DNA from: a virus
Lineage: Duplodnaviria; Caudoviricetes
Reading direction: 5' to 3' (one strand)
Virus record (IMG/VR): IMGVR_UViG_3300020045_003708
Coordinates: 1-24,378 of that record
Length of the DNA: 24,378 bases
Positions 1 through 8,029 of the stretch are shown here, one piece after another (the stretch's first letter is position 1; the number at the start of each line of letters is the position of its first letter). The notes below the pieces were generated by a model. It saw nothing but the letters and a program-made list of their open reading frames with translations, did not search any database and had not been told where the DNA came from. A program made the translations under genes and the position numbers.

Positions 1-2
1 GT

Positions 3-89
3 ATCTTTAGGCTTCACGCCTTTAATATCTTTATTGAATTTGTTTTCTAAATCGGCATTAAAGCCTCCTATTACATTTACTTCAACCAT
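3..89 (-). CDS. 5' end of an ORF running off the window (MVEVNVIGGFNADLENKFNKDIKGVKPKD...), possibly a Clp-type prohead protease
   Basis: Hand-translated: ATG at 89 overlaps the end of the 79-aa ORF and the frame stays open to the window edge. The product guess rests only on a loose resemblance to ClpP N-termini and on position. Confidence 0.4.
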   Translation of the reverse strand, partial: MVEVNVIGGFNADLENKFNKDIKGVKPKD

Positions 90-316
90 TTAGCGCATAT
101 ATTTTCGGGTTCTGTTGCAAAAACTTTAGTTGCAATCGGGCAGCTGCATAAGGTGCATACAAACCCTTGGACTTCAATTATCTCTGCTTTGACAAAATCA
201 GCATAAAACTTGTGTTCTTTGAGAGGACAAGTGGCGCAAATCTCTGCTCTGCGCTTACTCTCTGGAGTATGTTTGCTTTTTAAGCTCTTTGTCAAAGCAT
301 TGATAAAATCTATCAT
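77..316 (-). CDS. Small Cys-rich, putative Zn-binding phage protein
   Basis: 79 aa with RRAEICATCP, CTLCSCP and CAKW motifs; -7 promoter box 4 nt upstream of the ATG. Confidence 0.75.
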   Translation of the reverse strand: MIDFINALTKSLKSKHTPESKRRAEICATCPLKEHKFYADFVKAEIIEVQGFVCTLCSCPIATKVFATEPENICAKWLK

Positions 317-320
317 GCTT

Positions 321-354
321 CAAAGATATATAAATTAATTATATAATAGACAAA
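321..354 (-). promoter_or_regulatory. Bacteroidota primary-sigma promoter
   Basis: TATCTTTG at 328-321 matches TAnnTTTG; TTTG at 354-351 with a 22-nt spacer. Confidence 0.6.
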
Positions 355-378
355 AACTATTAAAATTATTTTAAATAT

Positions 379-412
379 AAAAAAACCCACTAAAATTAAT
401 TAGTGGGTTTTT
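379..412 (-). terminator. Intrinsic, potentially bidirectional terminator closing the tRNA operon
   Basis: AAAAACCCACTAA-loop-TTAGTGGGTTTTT inverted repeat flanked by A and T tracts. Confidence 0.85.
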
Positions 413-421
413 CTTTATTAG

Positions 422-503
422 TACCGAAGATGGGACTCGAACCCATAAAACCCCAGTTTCTAAGACTGGATACTCTGCCAATTCGCTTTTATGTCACTTC
501 GGT
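422..503 (-). tRNA. tRNA-Leu(UAG), atypical: short variable region, enlarged D region, A37
   Basis: Acceptor ACCGAAG/CTTCGGT with A73; anticodon arm CCAGT-CTTAGAA-ACTGG; T arm ATGGG-TTCGAGT-CCCAT. Confidence 0.85.
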
Positions 504-508
504 AAGTG

Positions 509-580
509 CTTCAGTAAAGAGACTCGAACTCCTATTTATCGGGTCGTAACCGATGGGTTTATCCATTAACCTATACTGAA
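509..580 (-). tRNA. tRNA-Arg(ACG)
   Basis: Acceptor TTCAGTA/TACTGAA with G73; D arm GGTT-AATGGATA-AACC with A20; anticodon arm ATCGG-TTACGAC-CCGAT; T loop TTCGAGT. Confidence 0.92.
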
Positions 581-585
581 AATTG

Positions 586-659
586 GGTGTTAATTGAGAA
601 TCGAACTCAAACTTTAGGATTCACAGTCCTACGCACTAACCGTTTATACTAAAAACACC
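586..659 (-). tRNA. tRNA-His(GUG)
   Basis: Encoded G-1 opposite C73; anticodon arm TAGGA-CTGTGAA-TCCTA; T arm TTGAG-TTCGATT-CTCAA; two U-U mismatches at the base of the acceptor stem. Confidence 0.88.
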
Positions 660-664
660 ATTTG

Positions 665-737
665 TTACAAAATAAGGACTCGAACCTTAACGAGTAGAGT
701 CAAAGTCTACTATGCTATCCAATTACATCATTTTGTA
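665..737 (-). tRNA. tRNA-Gln(UUG)
   Basis: Acceptor TACAAAA/TTTTGTA (U1-A72); D arm ATGT-AATTGGATA-GCAT; anticodon arm GTAGA-CTTTGAC-TCTAC; T arm TAAGG-TTCGAGT-CCTTA. Confidence 0.93.
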
Positions 738-749
738 TTTTGTATTTTG

Positions 750-819
750 TCTAAAAGACAGGATTCGAACCTGCGTACTCCCGAGTCCAAGTCGGGCATG
801 AAACCACCTTCGCTTCTAG
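750..819 (-). tRNA. tRNA-Pro(UGG), atypical: reduced D arm, A37
   Basis: Acceptor CTAGAAG/CTTTTAG (C1-G72, A73); anticodon arm CCCGA-CTTGGAC-TCGGG; T arm GCAGG-TTCGAAT-CCTGT. Confidence 0.85.
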
Positions 820-823
820 AAAT

Positions 824-856
824 AAAAAAAACCCTCTCGATTTGAGAAGGCTTTTT
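824..856 (-). terminator. Intrinsic terminator (attenuator 3:4 helix) between the leader ORF and the tRNA array
   Basis: GCCTTCTC-AAATC-GAGAGGGT running into a T tract that ends 4 nt before tRNA-Pro. Confidence 0.85.
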
Positions 857-878
857 ATGTTTTTATATTTTTTAAATA

Positions 879-953
879 CTATCCATACCAAGTGCTTCCC
901 AAAATAAGTTTAGGTTGCGGAAGACGGTGAGTATTATTTTTAATAGTTTTCAT
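879..953 (-). CDS. Putative attenuator leader peptide MKTIKNNTHRLPQPKLILGSTWYG
   Basis: Hand-translated 24-codon ORF between a promoter and a terminator; six consecutive CNN codons at 929-912 encode the amino acids of the five downstream tRNAs. Confidence 0.8.
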   Translation of the reverse strand: MKTIKNNTHRLPQPKLILGSTWYG

Positions 954-957
954 AGTG

Positions 958-988
958 CAAATATACACCTTTATTTTATATAGGCAAA
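958..988 (-). promoter_or_regulatory. Bacteroidota primary-sigma promoter of the leader/tRNA operon
   Basis: TTTG (988-985), 19-nt spacer, TATATTTG (965-958): exact match to TTTG-N19-21-TAnnTTTG. Confidence 0.85.
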
Positions 989-998
989 CTTTTTAAAT

Positions 999-1036
999 AA
1001 AAAAAACCCTCTCGCCCGAGAAGCTTGAGAGGGTTT
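999..1036 (-). terminator. Intrinsic terminator insulating the tRNA operon from upstream transcription
   Basis: AAACCCTCTC...GAGAGGGTTT hairpin running into a T8 tract. Confidence 0.8.
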
Positions 1037-1093
1037 AAAAATCCAAAACAATGAAATGAGAAAAAGACTTCGTAAATATAGTAATTAATTTAA

Positions 1094-1333
1094 TTATACG
1101 CTATCTTTTAATATAAATTCTATTTTAGCGTAGAACTGTAGCATTTCCGATAAGGTGTTAAAAGTAGCTTTTCCTTTGATGTTGCTGCAGCTCATAAAAG
1201 CAGAATGCTCCTCTTGTGTAATTATAAATTCACAATAGTACTGCGTTTGTAATACTCTTAACGCCGCTATAGCCTTTTCGGATAAGCTTTCCGTAGAGAT
1301 TTCGATTTTTTCTTTTATTTTTAAAATAGCCAT
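1094..1333 (-). CDS. Hypothetical protein; start reassigned to MAILKIK
   Basis: The ORF-track start overlaps the tape measure gene, and a TATATTTG box at 1357-1350 precedes the ATG at 1333. Confidence 0.6.
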   Translation of the reverse strand: MAILKIKEKIEISTESLSEKAIAALRVLQTQYYCEFIITQEEHSAFMSCSNIKGKATFNTLSEMLQFYAKIEFILKDSV

Positions 1334-1370
1334 AATTAAAATATTTTTTACAAATATACATAAATTATTT

Positions 1371-4043
1371 TTAATTACTCGCAACTTTTATAGCTAAATT
1401 GTTTGTTGCCTCCTGCAAAGTTTCTAAAATAAGAACTGGAGGCGTAACAACTACATTACTTTGTTGGGGCGTATCGCTTACCCTTGCAACCGTTTCCGTT
1501 TGTGCCGTGTTCACAAAAGAGCCTGTACCCGAAGTAGTAACTGGTTTAGCTGTAGAGGTATCACCCACTGAGCTATCACCTTTATTTGTTTTCAGTATGT
1601 TCTTAACTGCGGCGAAACCCGCTGCAGCCACAAAGGCAACGTTTGCCACTTTTAAACCAATCTCGTAAGGCGTAACCGCTTTAGTCGATAGCTCGGCAGT
1701 TATACCTTGGTAGGTATTAAATAAGGCACTGGCAACCGCTATCGCTTTGCTTCCCTCAAACAAACTACCTAAAGCATTTAAGCCATTAGCCACGGTGCGC
1801 TCTGTCTCGTCTCGTTTTTGTTTGTTTAATATTTTATCGTTCTTAGAAGTCTCAGAATTAAACTTCTTTTGAGCAAGAGCTAATTTTTGATCGTAAACCC
1901 CTTGGCTCAAAGCTTTATCTGCTAAACTCTGTTCTAATAAAACAAGCTCTTGGGCGTACTGCTCCGCAAGTAAAGCCTGTTTTACTTCTTGCTCTGCTGC
2001 GTCTCTGTCTGCAATATCCTGTAAGCGTATTTGAAAAGCTACGTCTTGCAGGGCTTTAGCCTCAACTATTGCGGCTTCGTCTGCTAACTTCTTAGCTGCT
2101 GCAGCATTAGTATCAATTAATAAAATAGCCTCGTTTTTAGCCTCTTCTATTTTTACCGTTTCATCGGCAAAGGCTTTCTCACTTAAAAGCTTACCGTTTA
2201 AAAGCATTAATTGCGCTTTGGCTAAGTCCTCAGCACTTTGTCTCTGCGCATCGAATTGCTCCTGGGTGGTTGCTTTGCTTTTCTCGTTCGCTACCTTTTG
2301 CGCCTCGAGTTCTTTATTTATTTGCTCTTCTGTGATTGATAGAATAGTGCTCGATAGCGTTTGCCTATTCTCGATTAATTTTTTGGTTTGTTCGCTTCCC
2401 GACAAAGAACGCTGCGCCAAATCATTTTCAAGGTTAAAAACCTTTTGGGCATTAGCAATTCGTTCCTCTATTGAAAGGTTTCTTTGCTGCGCCTCAAGTT
2501 TAAGAATCTCAATTCTATTTTGGGCATCTTTAAGCTCTTTGGCTAAAGCTTTCTCGCTTGCCGCTTTTGCATCTGCTTGACGTTTATCGTTTTTAGCTGC
2601 TGCGTCATCGGCTAATTTATCTTGAGCATTTTGGTTTTTCTCCAAACGTTTCGTTGACTCATTTTGAATAGCTATTTTGCCAAGCTCCGCCGCTTTAATC
2701 CCGTCGTATTCTTTTTGGGTTATCTTACCAGCGTTTAAAAGGTAATTTGCGTAAGCAATCGTATTTTTATTTAGGTTGGCTAACTCTTGTTTTGAAAGTT
2801 CCCCTTTTATCCTCGCTGCCTCGATTGCATTCCTTAGCTCCGCATTAGACAAAGCCTCACGCTGTTTGAAGTTTTGCTCTTCTATTTTTTGGGCTTGCTG
2901 TAAAAAAGCCGAGCGTTGCTTTTCTGTCAACGTTCTATTTTTTGATTTAAGTATAAGCTCGTCATATTGTTGGCTCTCTCGAGCATTGGCTACCTCTTGA
3001 CTACTTTGAAGGTCTGCGAGGTCTTGGCGTGCTTTGGTTAAAGCTACTGCCGCCGTTGCTGCGTCTTCCATTCCACCAATAAGATTACTAAAGTCTAAGT
3101 TTGCCAAGGCTTTACCTAATGAGCTAAAAGCTGCAGCAACCCCCGAGGTTATTTGTTCTATCTTATCCATTACCGGATCTAAAGCACTTAAGTAGCTAAC
3201 CAGTGCCGCAATCGCTAAAACCACAACCCCAATCCCCGTAGCTGCCAAAGCGACTGCAAAGCCTCTTAAGGATAACGTACCCACGTTTGTAGCGACTGCC
3301 GCTCGAGTGGTTGCTACGGCTTGAGCCTCACTCGCTACCGCTTGAGCCTCTGTGGCTATCGTCTGCGATGCCTGTTGCTCGGTGGCTAATTGGGAGCTTG
3401 TTTTAAACCCAAGCTGCGCTCTTGCTCCAGCGGTTGCTTTCGCTGTAAAATCGGTAAATCCTTGCGCTGCGCCTGTGATACCGTCGCCAAAGCCTTTCAC
3501 CACGTTACGAGCTTGCTCTCCATTAATGCCAAATTGAGACAAGGCTGCATCGACTCCGAAAAGAGCCTGTCTATAGTTTCCGCTTATCGTAGCGGCTTTC
3601 TCTTGCGCACTACCATTGTCTCGGATAAGTTTATTATTCGAATCTATTTTTGTGTTAATCTCTGCAATAGCTTTCGCACCGTCAAGCGTAGTAGAGTCAA
3701 TTAATCGCCTCGCTGCTGTTAGCTCTTGAGTGTTTTTCTTGGCTTGCTCTTGCGTGGTTATATTCGCTTTTAGCGCATTATCTAAACCCGTTTGCGCTTT
3801 GGTTAAATCCAATACGCTTTTTTGGTTCGCTGCGTATTCGGCTTTAAGCTTTTTAAGCTCCAATTCATTAGCAACAAAAGAATTAAGCTGGTCCTCATTT
3901 GCTGAGGTTAGCCCTTCGGTATCTTTTTTAAGCTTCTTTTGCTCGTTCTCTAAATCGATAATAGCCTTTTTGCTGTCTGCCATTGAGGCGTTGAGGTCGG
4001 AGGTATCAACTATTAATTTACCGATAATTATCTCTTCTGCCAT
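1371..4043 (-). CDS. Tail tape measure protein
   Basis: 890 aa, Ala/Lys/Glu/Gln-rich coiled-coil character, hydrophobic ALAATGIGVVVLAIAALV segment, next to putative tail genes. Confidence 0.85.
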   Translation of the reverse strand: MAEEIIIGKLIVDTSDLNASMADSKKAIIDLENEQKKLKKDTEGLTSANEDQLNSFVANELELKKLKAEYAANQKSVLDLTKAQTGLDNALKANITTQEQAKKNTQELTAARRLIDSTTLDGAKAIAEINTKIDSNNKLIRDNGSAQEKAATISGNYRQALFGVDAALSQFGINGEQARNVVKGFGDGITGAAQGFTDFTAKATAGARAQLGFKTSSQLATEQQASQTIATEAQAVASEAQAVATTRAAVATNVGTLSLRGFAVALAATGIGVVVLAIAALVSYLSALDPVMDKIEQITSGVAAAFSSLGKALANLDFSNLIGGMEDAATAAVALTKARQDLADLQSSQEVANARESQQYDELILKSKNRTLTEKQRSAFLQQAQKIEEQNFKQREALSNAELRNAIEAARIKGELSKQELANLNKNTIAYANYLLNAGKITQKEYDGIKAAELGKIAIQNESTKRLEKNQNAQDKLADDAAAKNDKRQADAKAASEKALAKELKDAQNRIEILKLEAQQRNLSIEERIANAQKVFNLENDLAQRSLSGSEQTKKLIENRQTLSSTILSITEEQINKELEAQKVANEKSKATTQEQFDAQRQSAEDLAKAQLMLLNGKLLSEKAFADETVKIEEAKNEAILLIDTNAAAAKKLADEAAIVEAKALQDVAFQIRLQDIADRDAAEQEVKQALLAEQYAQELVLLEQSLADKALSQGVYDQKLALAQKKFNSETSKNDKILNKQKRDETERTVANGLNALGSLFEGSKAIAVASALFNTYQGITAELSTKAVTPYEIGLKVANVAFVAAAGFAAVKNILKTNKGDSSVGDTSTAKPVTTSGTGSFVNTAQTETVARVSDTPQQSNVVVTPPVLILETLQEATNNLAIKVASN

Positions 4044-4047
4044 TGCG

Positions 4048-6309
4048 CTATAGTGTTTTAATTGTTGAAATGATTACATACATATCTGAAATATCGGTTT
4101 CGACGTCCATACTTCCTGAGTTAGAGCCTCTGCGGTTATCAAAGAAATAATGCACATAAACTCTTATTTTTCTTGATACGGGCAAAGAAGCTATCGTACT
4201 TGTAAGCGTTGGGGTAACAACTGTTTTCTCTTGGTTGTCTGCCGTTCCAACTTCATAGAGTTGAATAGTATTAATCCCATCAAAGAGCATTACTCTAGCC
4301 GTTGCTCTTGCTTTACCTATGCCGTTGTTAGCCGTTCTTAAATGGATAGTGAAAGGCAGTACCTCGACTTTAACTTGCACATAAGCGTCTGCCGATACTA
4401 CCAAATTAAAAGTGTCGTCTGGTCCTGTTCCGTTTGAAACTAAATCGGCACTCGTTATAGTGTTATTTAAGTTTGGTCGTAAGCCTAAAATATACTTTGC
4501 CGGGCTTACGTATAAGTTCCCAATATCGAAATTGTTTCTTGAATAATTGAAGTCTACGACTTGCTGGAAATTACTCTCAAGGCTTGCAATACCTGTGTGC
4601 TTAATATTTATATACGCTTCGTTCGATACTCCTCCGTTAGTGTCAATCGCTTGCAAGTACAAAGAAGCGCTGTTAAAGTCTGCGATGGTATCGCTTGGCT
4701 TATTGGCTTCTATTTTCATAGTTACGATGTCAGCAAGTGTAAAGGCTTGAGGCAAAGAAGCTGCAGGGATTAAAATATCATTTATGTAAAGGCTGTTTAA
4801 GTCCTGGTCGTAGCTTTTAAAAATAACAATATCCCAAGGGTACTCGTTTGGAGGCATTGGGTACATTGAATTTAAATACTCGAGAGGGAATAAAGCTTTC
4901 TCTTTGAAATCCAAAAGTATAGAATTGAAATCGTTTAGGATTGGGCTTAATACTTTTTTCTTTTTAACGAGCATAGCCTTAATAGTAATTAAATCCTTTT
5001 TAGTAGAAAAGTTAATTTCTAACGGGATCCAGTAGCTCGAAAGTTGTTCTATAAAAAATACTTTGGTTAACGAGAAAGTTGCAGCTAAAATGTCGTCGTA
5101 TCTGAATTGAATATTTGTTACTAGAGGCGTTAAAATAAAATCCGTGTAGTCTTTGTGGAAGTCCGTGTAAACGGTCTGCATACTAACCGGAATGGCTTTC
5201 CTGTTGGTAACTGGATAAGCTATACCGGAAGCGTACACGTTAGCTGTAATCGTTTCAGTTGATAACTTGAATATTCGAACCGCTGAGGTTTCACCTACTT
5301 CACCATTAGTTCGCAATTCAATTGTGCCTCCTTCCAATATCTCGGAGTCGTCAAATAAGTTAAGAGACCCACTGCCGAAAGCCGAATCTAAATAAGTGGC
5401 TTTGTCCTGAGAGCTTATGAAGTTTGCAAAGAATGAATTAAAAGTAGTTCCACTATCAGAGTAAGTCATTTCATTACGTTTTGCGAGCTTACTCTGAAAA
5501 GTATAGTCTTGATAATTTACAAAGTATTTCGAATAATCTACATAAGTACTTTTGTAGTTAGCTAAATTAGTCCATTTGTTAATCAAAACTGTTTTATACG
5601 TGTCGTCTACTTCTGCATAGCAGTTGAAAAATGCTAGAACTTGACTAAGAAAAGCGAAAGAATCTAAAGCAGGGTCAAACGTAGGTGCAAAGCCGTCACC
5701 TACTCCGCTATAAACCTGATACGTTCCTTTGTTCGGAGCAATATAATAATCTTTAAAAGAGTCTGTTGTACTAAAGAAGTCACCAAATACCGTGTAATTG
5801 TTATCAGTAAATATCTTTTTAACTAAATCTTGTAAATTAATAACTATCGGCATCTCCTCAATCACAAAAAGCCCGCTCTTAGGTTGGCTTTCCATAAATG
5901 CGGACTTATCTATGAAATCAGCCAAAGTCTTTTTATAAAAATACCCGCTTGCTACGGCATTTATAAAGGTTTCTTTTAGCTTAATAACTAAAGCATTATC
6001 GCTATAAAGCAAATAGGTATCAATCTTGTCAAGCCCTTCCTTTTGAATTTTTAGCGTTTGGTTTCTCAAATGAATTGAGCCATTTAAAACAACATCTACC
6101 TCATAACCATTCATTAAAGAACTTACTTTGTTAGTAGGCAAATCAAATAATTCAAGTAGCTTCTTATTATTTGCCGTTTTCTCCATAGAGATTGTATTCG
6201 AGTATGCATATCTATCCTGTATGCCGTTCAAGTTCTGCGACTTTTTGAAGGTCACAACCTGAGAGGGGCTTATATCAAACCGAAAACCTTTTCTATAAAT
6301 TTCTATCAT
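4048..6309 (-). CDS. Putative tail/baseplate structural protein
   Basis: 753 aa, beta-rich composition, next to the tape measure gene; no catalytic motif recognised. Confidence 0.6.
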   Translation of the reverse strand: MIEIYRKGFRFDISPSQVVTFKKSQNLNGIQDRYAYSNTISMEKTANNKKLLELFDLPTNKVSSLMNGYEVDVVLNGSIHLRNQTLKIQKEGLDKIDTYLLYSDNALVIKLKETFINAVASGYFYKKTLADFIDKSAFMESQPKSGLFVIEEMPIVINLQDLVKKIFTDNNYTVFGDFFSTTDSFKDYYIAPNKGTYQVYSGVGDGFAPTFDPALDSFAFLSQVLAFFNCYAEVDDTYKTVLINKWTNLANYKSTYVDYSKYFVNYQDYTFQSKLAKRNEMTYSDSGTTFNSFFANFISSQDKATYLDSAFGSGSLNLFDDSEILEGGTIELRTNGEVGETSAVRIFKLSTETITANVYASGIAYPVTNRKAIPVSMQTVYTDFHKDYTDFILTPLVTNIQFRYDDILAATFSLTKVFFIEQLSSYWIPLEINFSTKKDLITIKAMLVKKKKVLSPILNDFNSILLDFKEKALFPLEYLNSMYPMPPNEYPWDIVIFKSYDQDLNSLYINDILIPAASLPQAFTLADIVTMKIEANKPSDTIADFNSASLYLQAIDTNGGVSNEAYINIKHTGIASLESNFQQVVDFNYSRNNFDIGNLYVSPAKYILGLRPNLNNTITSADLVSNGTGPDDTFNLVVSADAYVQVKVEVLPFTIHLRTANNGIGKARATARVMLFDGINTIQLYEVGTADNQEKTVVTPTLTSTIASLPVSRKIRVYVHYFFDNRRGSNSGSMDVETDISDMYVIISTIKTL

Positions 6310-6313
6310 AACT

Positions 6314-6478
6314 CTACCAGCTTATACAAGTTTGATGTGAGCCAAAAGGGGCTACGTAGTCTACGCATTTGTGCCCTTTGTTTTCTAGGTTAGCTTTCTT
6401 TTTTAAGGTAAGCCTTAAAACGTGCGTTTTAGAAAGTCCGTAACTCTTAGCCTCTTTGATGCTTTCTTTAGTATTCAT
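6314..6478 (-). CDS. Small hypothetical protein (54 aa, MNTKESIKEAK...)
   Basis: Hand-translated ORF filling the gap between the two large structural genes. Confidence 0.5.
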   Translation of the reverse strand: MNTKESIKEAKSYGLSKTHVLRLTLKKKANLENKGHKCVDYVAPFGSHQTCISW

Positions 6479-6482
6479 ATTT

Positions 6483-7616
6483 TTATAAAGTTATCCCGTT
6501 TTCATTTGATACGATTACCGTTAAAGTGTACTCGAAATCAAACTTTTTAAGGTTAAAATTTCCTGTTACTTCACACTCAATAAAGCCTCTTGGTAAAAGT
6601 ACCTCTACTTTAGGAGAATTCAAAAGTTCAATAAAAGTCTCGGTAAGTTCTATTTGCTTCACGCCTGATAAGCTCATTTGCTTTTTGCTTTCTCCTGCTC
6701 TTTGCACACGAGAGCTTTTACCGTCTTGGACGTTGTAGAAGTTATTGTTTATAAACTCCGTCTTTGATCGGTTGGCAGTCATATCCTCTTTGGCTGTGTA
6801 GAAATAAGCCCACCCACCATAAGAAGTAAAATAGCGAAATTGCAAAGTGTCCTCGCACTCTTCGCCTTTGTACTTAATGCCGTAACAAGGGATTAAAGGG
6901 TTGTTTAACGAGGTTGTTATCAATGCCGGTAAATACATTTTGTCTATCTGAGCATCGGTAAGAGCCACATTTGCAACACCTATTATCGGAGTGATTGCTG
7001 AGGAAATTCCACCAACTGTAACAACTGAACCCGGAGCACTGACAAGCTCGCCAACAAACACACTCAAGGTATTGGCAAAGCCTGTAGCAAACTCCAAATA
7101 TTTAGGTGTAATTATATTTAATTTGGTTAAATCCTTTTGAGGCTTCAAGGCTTCTGATAATTCGCTGATCCCCACAATAGGATAAAAAGCGTCGTCTGTC
7201 TCGCTATCGTTTGGCGTTTGCTCGGCAAAAATGAAAGTAGTATCAAAGATATACCCGCTATCAAACACGTACTCGTCTGCAAATATGTCCGCACCATTTT
7301 CGGCATGGACAGCAACGCCTATACTAAAACGCTCAATAGTGTATTGCTTGTTCGGGTTGTCGTACTCAAAGTTAAAGTTATCCATTAACAAGCTTTTCAA
7401 GTACCCTGAGACGTCAACTCTAAATACCCCCGTACCGAACTTAGGTAAAATGTTTTTAATCGTGTAGCGTCTTGTAGTGTACTGAGAAACCATTTCTAAG
7501 TCCGCCACTAAGTCGTTAGGGTTTACACCTAAATCAGCGTCCGAAGTAAATTCGAATATAGCAGGCTCGTTAACGTTGAAGAATTTTAACGGTTGTTTTG
7601 AAAAAGTAATTGCCAT
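6483..7616 (-). CDS. Putative structural (distal tail/baseplate-like) protein
   Basis: 377 aa in the tail module; C-terminal YFTSYGGWAYFY and ELLNSPKVEV motifs resemble Bacteroidota phage tail proteins (from recollection). Confidence 0.55.
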   Translation of the reverse strand: MAITFSKQPLKFFNVNEPAIFEFTSDADLGVNPNDLVADLEMVSQYTTRRYTIKNILPKFGTGVFRVDVSGYLKSLLMDNFNFEYDNPNKQYTIERFSIGVAVHAENGADIFADEYVFDSGYIFDTTFIFAEQTPNDSETDDAFYPIVGISELSEALKPQKDLTKLNIITPKYLEFATGFANTLSVFVGELVSAPGSVVTVGGISSAITPIIGVANVALTDAQIDKMYLPALITTSLNNPLIPCYGIKYKGEECEDTLQFRYFTSYGGWAYFYTAKEDMTANRSKTEFINNNFYNVQDGKSSRVQRAGESKKQMSLSGVKQIELTETFIELLNSPKVEVLLPRGFIECEVTGNFNLKKFDFEYTLTVIVSNENGITL

Positions 7617-8029
7617 TGCTCTTTTATTTTAATTTGTAAGTCTGGCTTTGATAGCTCAATAACTTGGTTAAATGCTTCGCTGTTAATCGAGTCCGTGACT
7701 ATGTGAGAGCCTCCTTGCTGATACCAGCTTGTACCATTTTTAATTATATTTGCCTTGACGGCATAGGGATTTAAATCTAAGCCTTTAGCGTCAAGCCATA
7801 TCTGAATATTTTCAATTGTCGGAAAAGGTTGCTCTCCCGGTGCAACTCCTAAATCTAAACCAACTATGTAATAGAGTGCGTAAATATCGATAGTTATTTG
7901 TTGCAATAAATCTTTTTTCTCAAAGCGTACCGAGTTTAAAAGCGCACGTGTCGCCACCATGTCGTTATCGATTATCGAGCGTTTAAGCTTATCGATTATT
8001 ACGCTTTGTACGGCTTCGTCAATTATCAT
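7586..8029 (-). CDS. Putative neck/tail-completion protein
   Basis: 147 aa; ATRALLNSVRF, LDLGVAPG, IQIWLDAKG and IIKNGT pattern plus position. Confidence 0.5.
   Translation of the reverse strand: MIIDEAVQSVIIDKLKRSIIDNDMVATRALLNSVRFEKKDLLQQITIDIYALYYIVGLDLGVAPGEQPFPTIENIQIWLDAKGLDLNPYAVKANIIKNGTSWYQQGGSHIVTDSINSEAFNQVIELSKPDLQIKIKEQWQLLFQNNR

Noticed and set aside
422-503. Amber suppressor or stop-codon recoding suggested by TAG in the loop
   Set aside because: TAG is the anticodon 5'-UAG-3', which reads CUA (Leu); long genes translate intact in the standard code
1399-4053. Several + strand ORFs opposite the tape measure gene, and similar ones opposite the helicase, polymerase, primase and DUF2800 genes
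   Set aside because: Antisense shadows of long minus-strand genes; no motifs recognised and no + strand expression signals noticed
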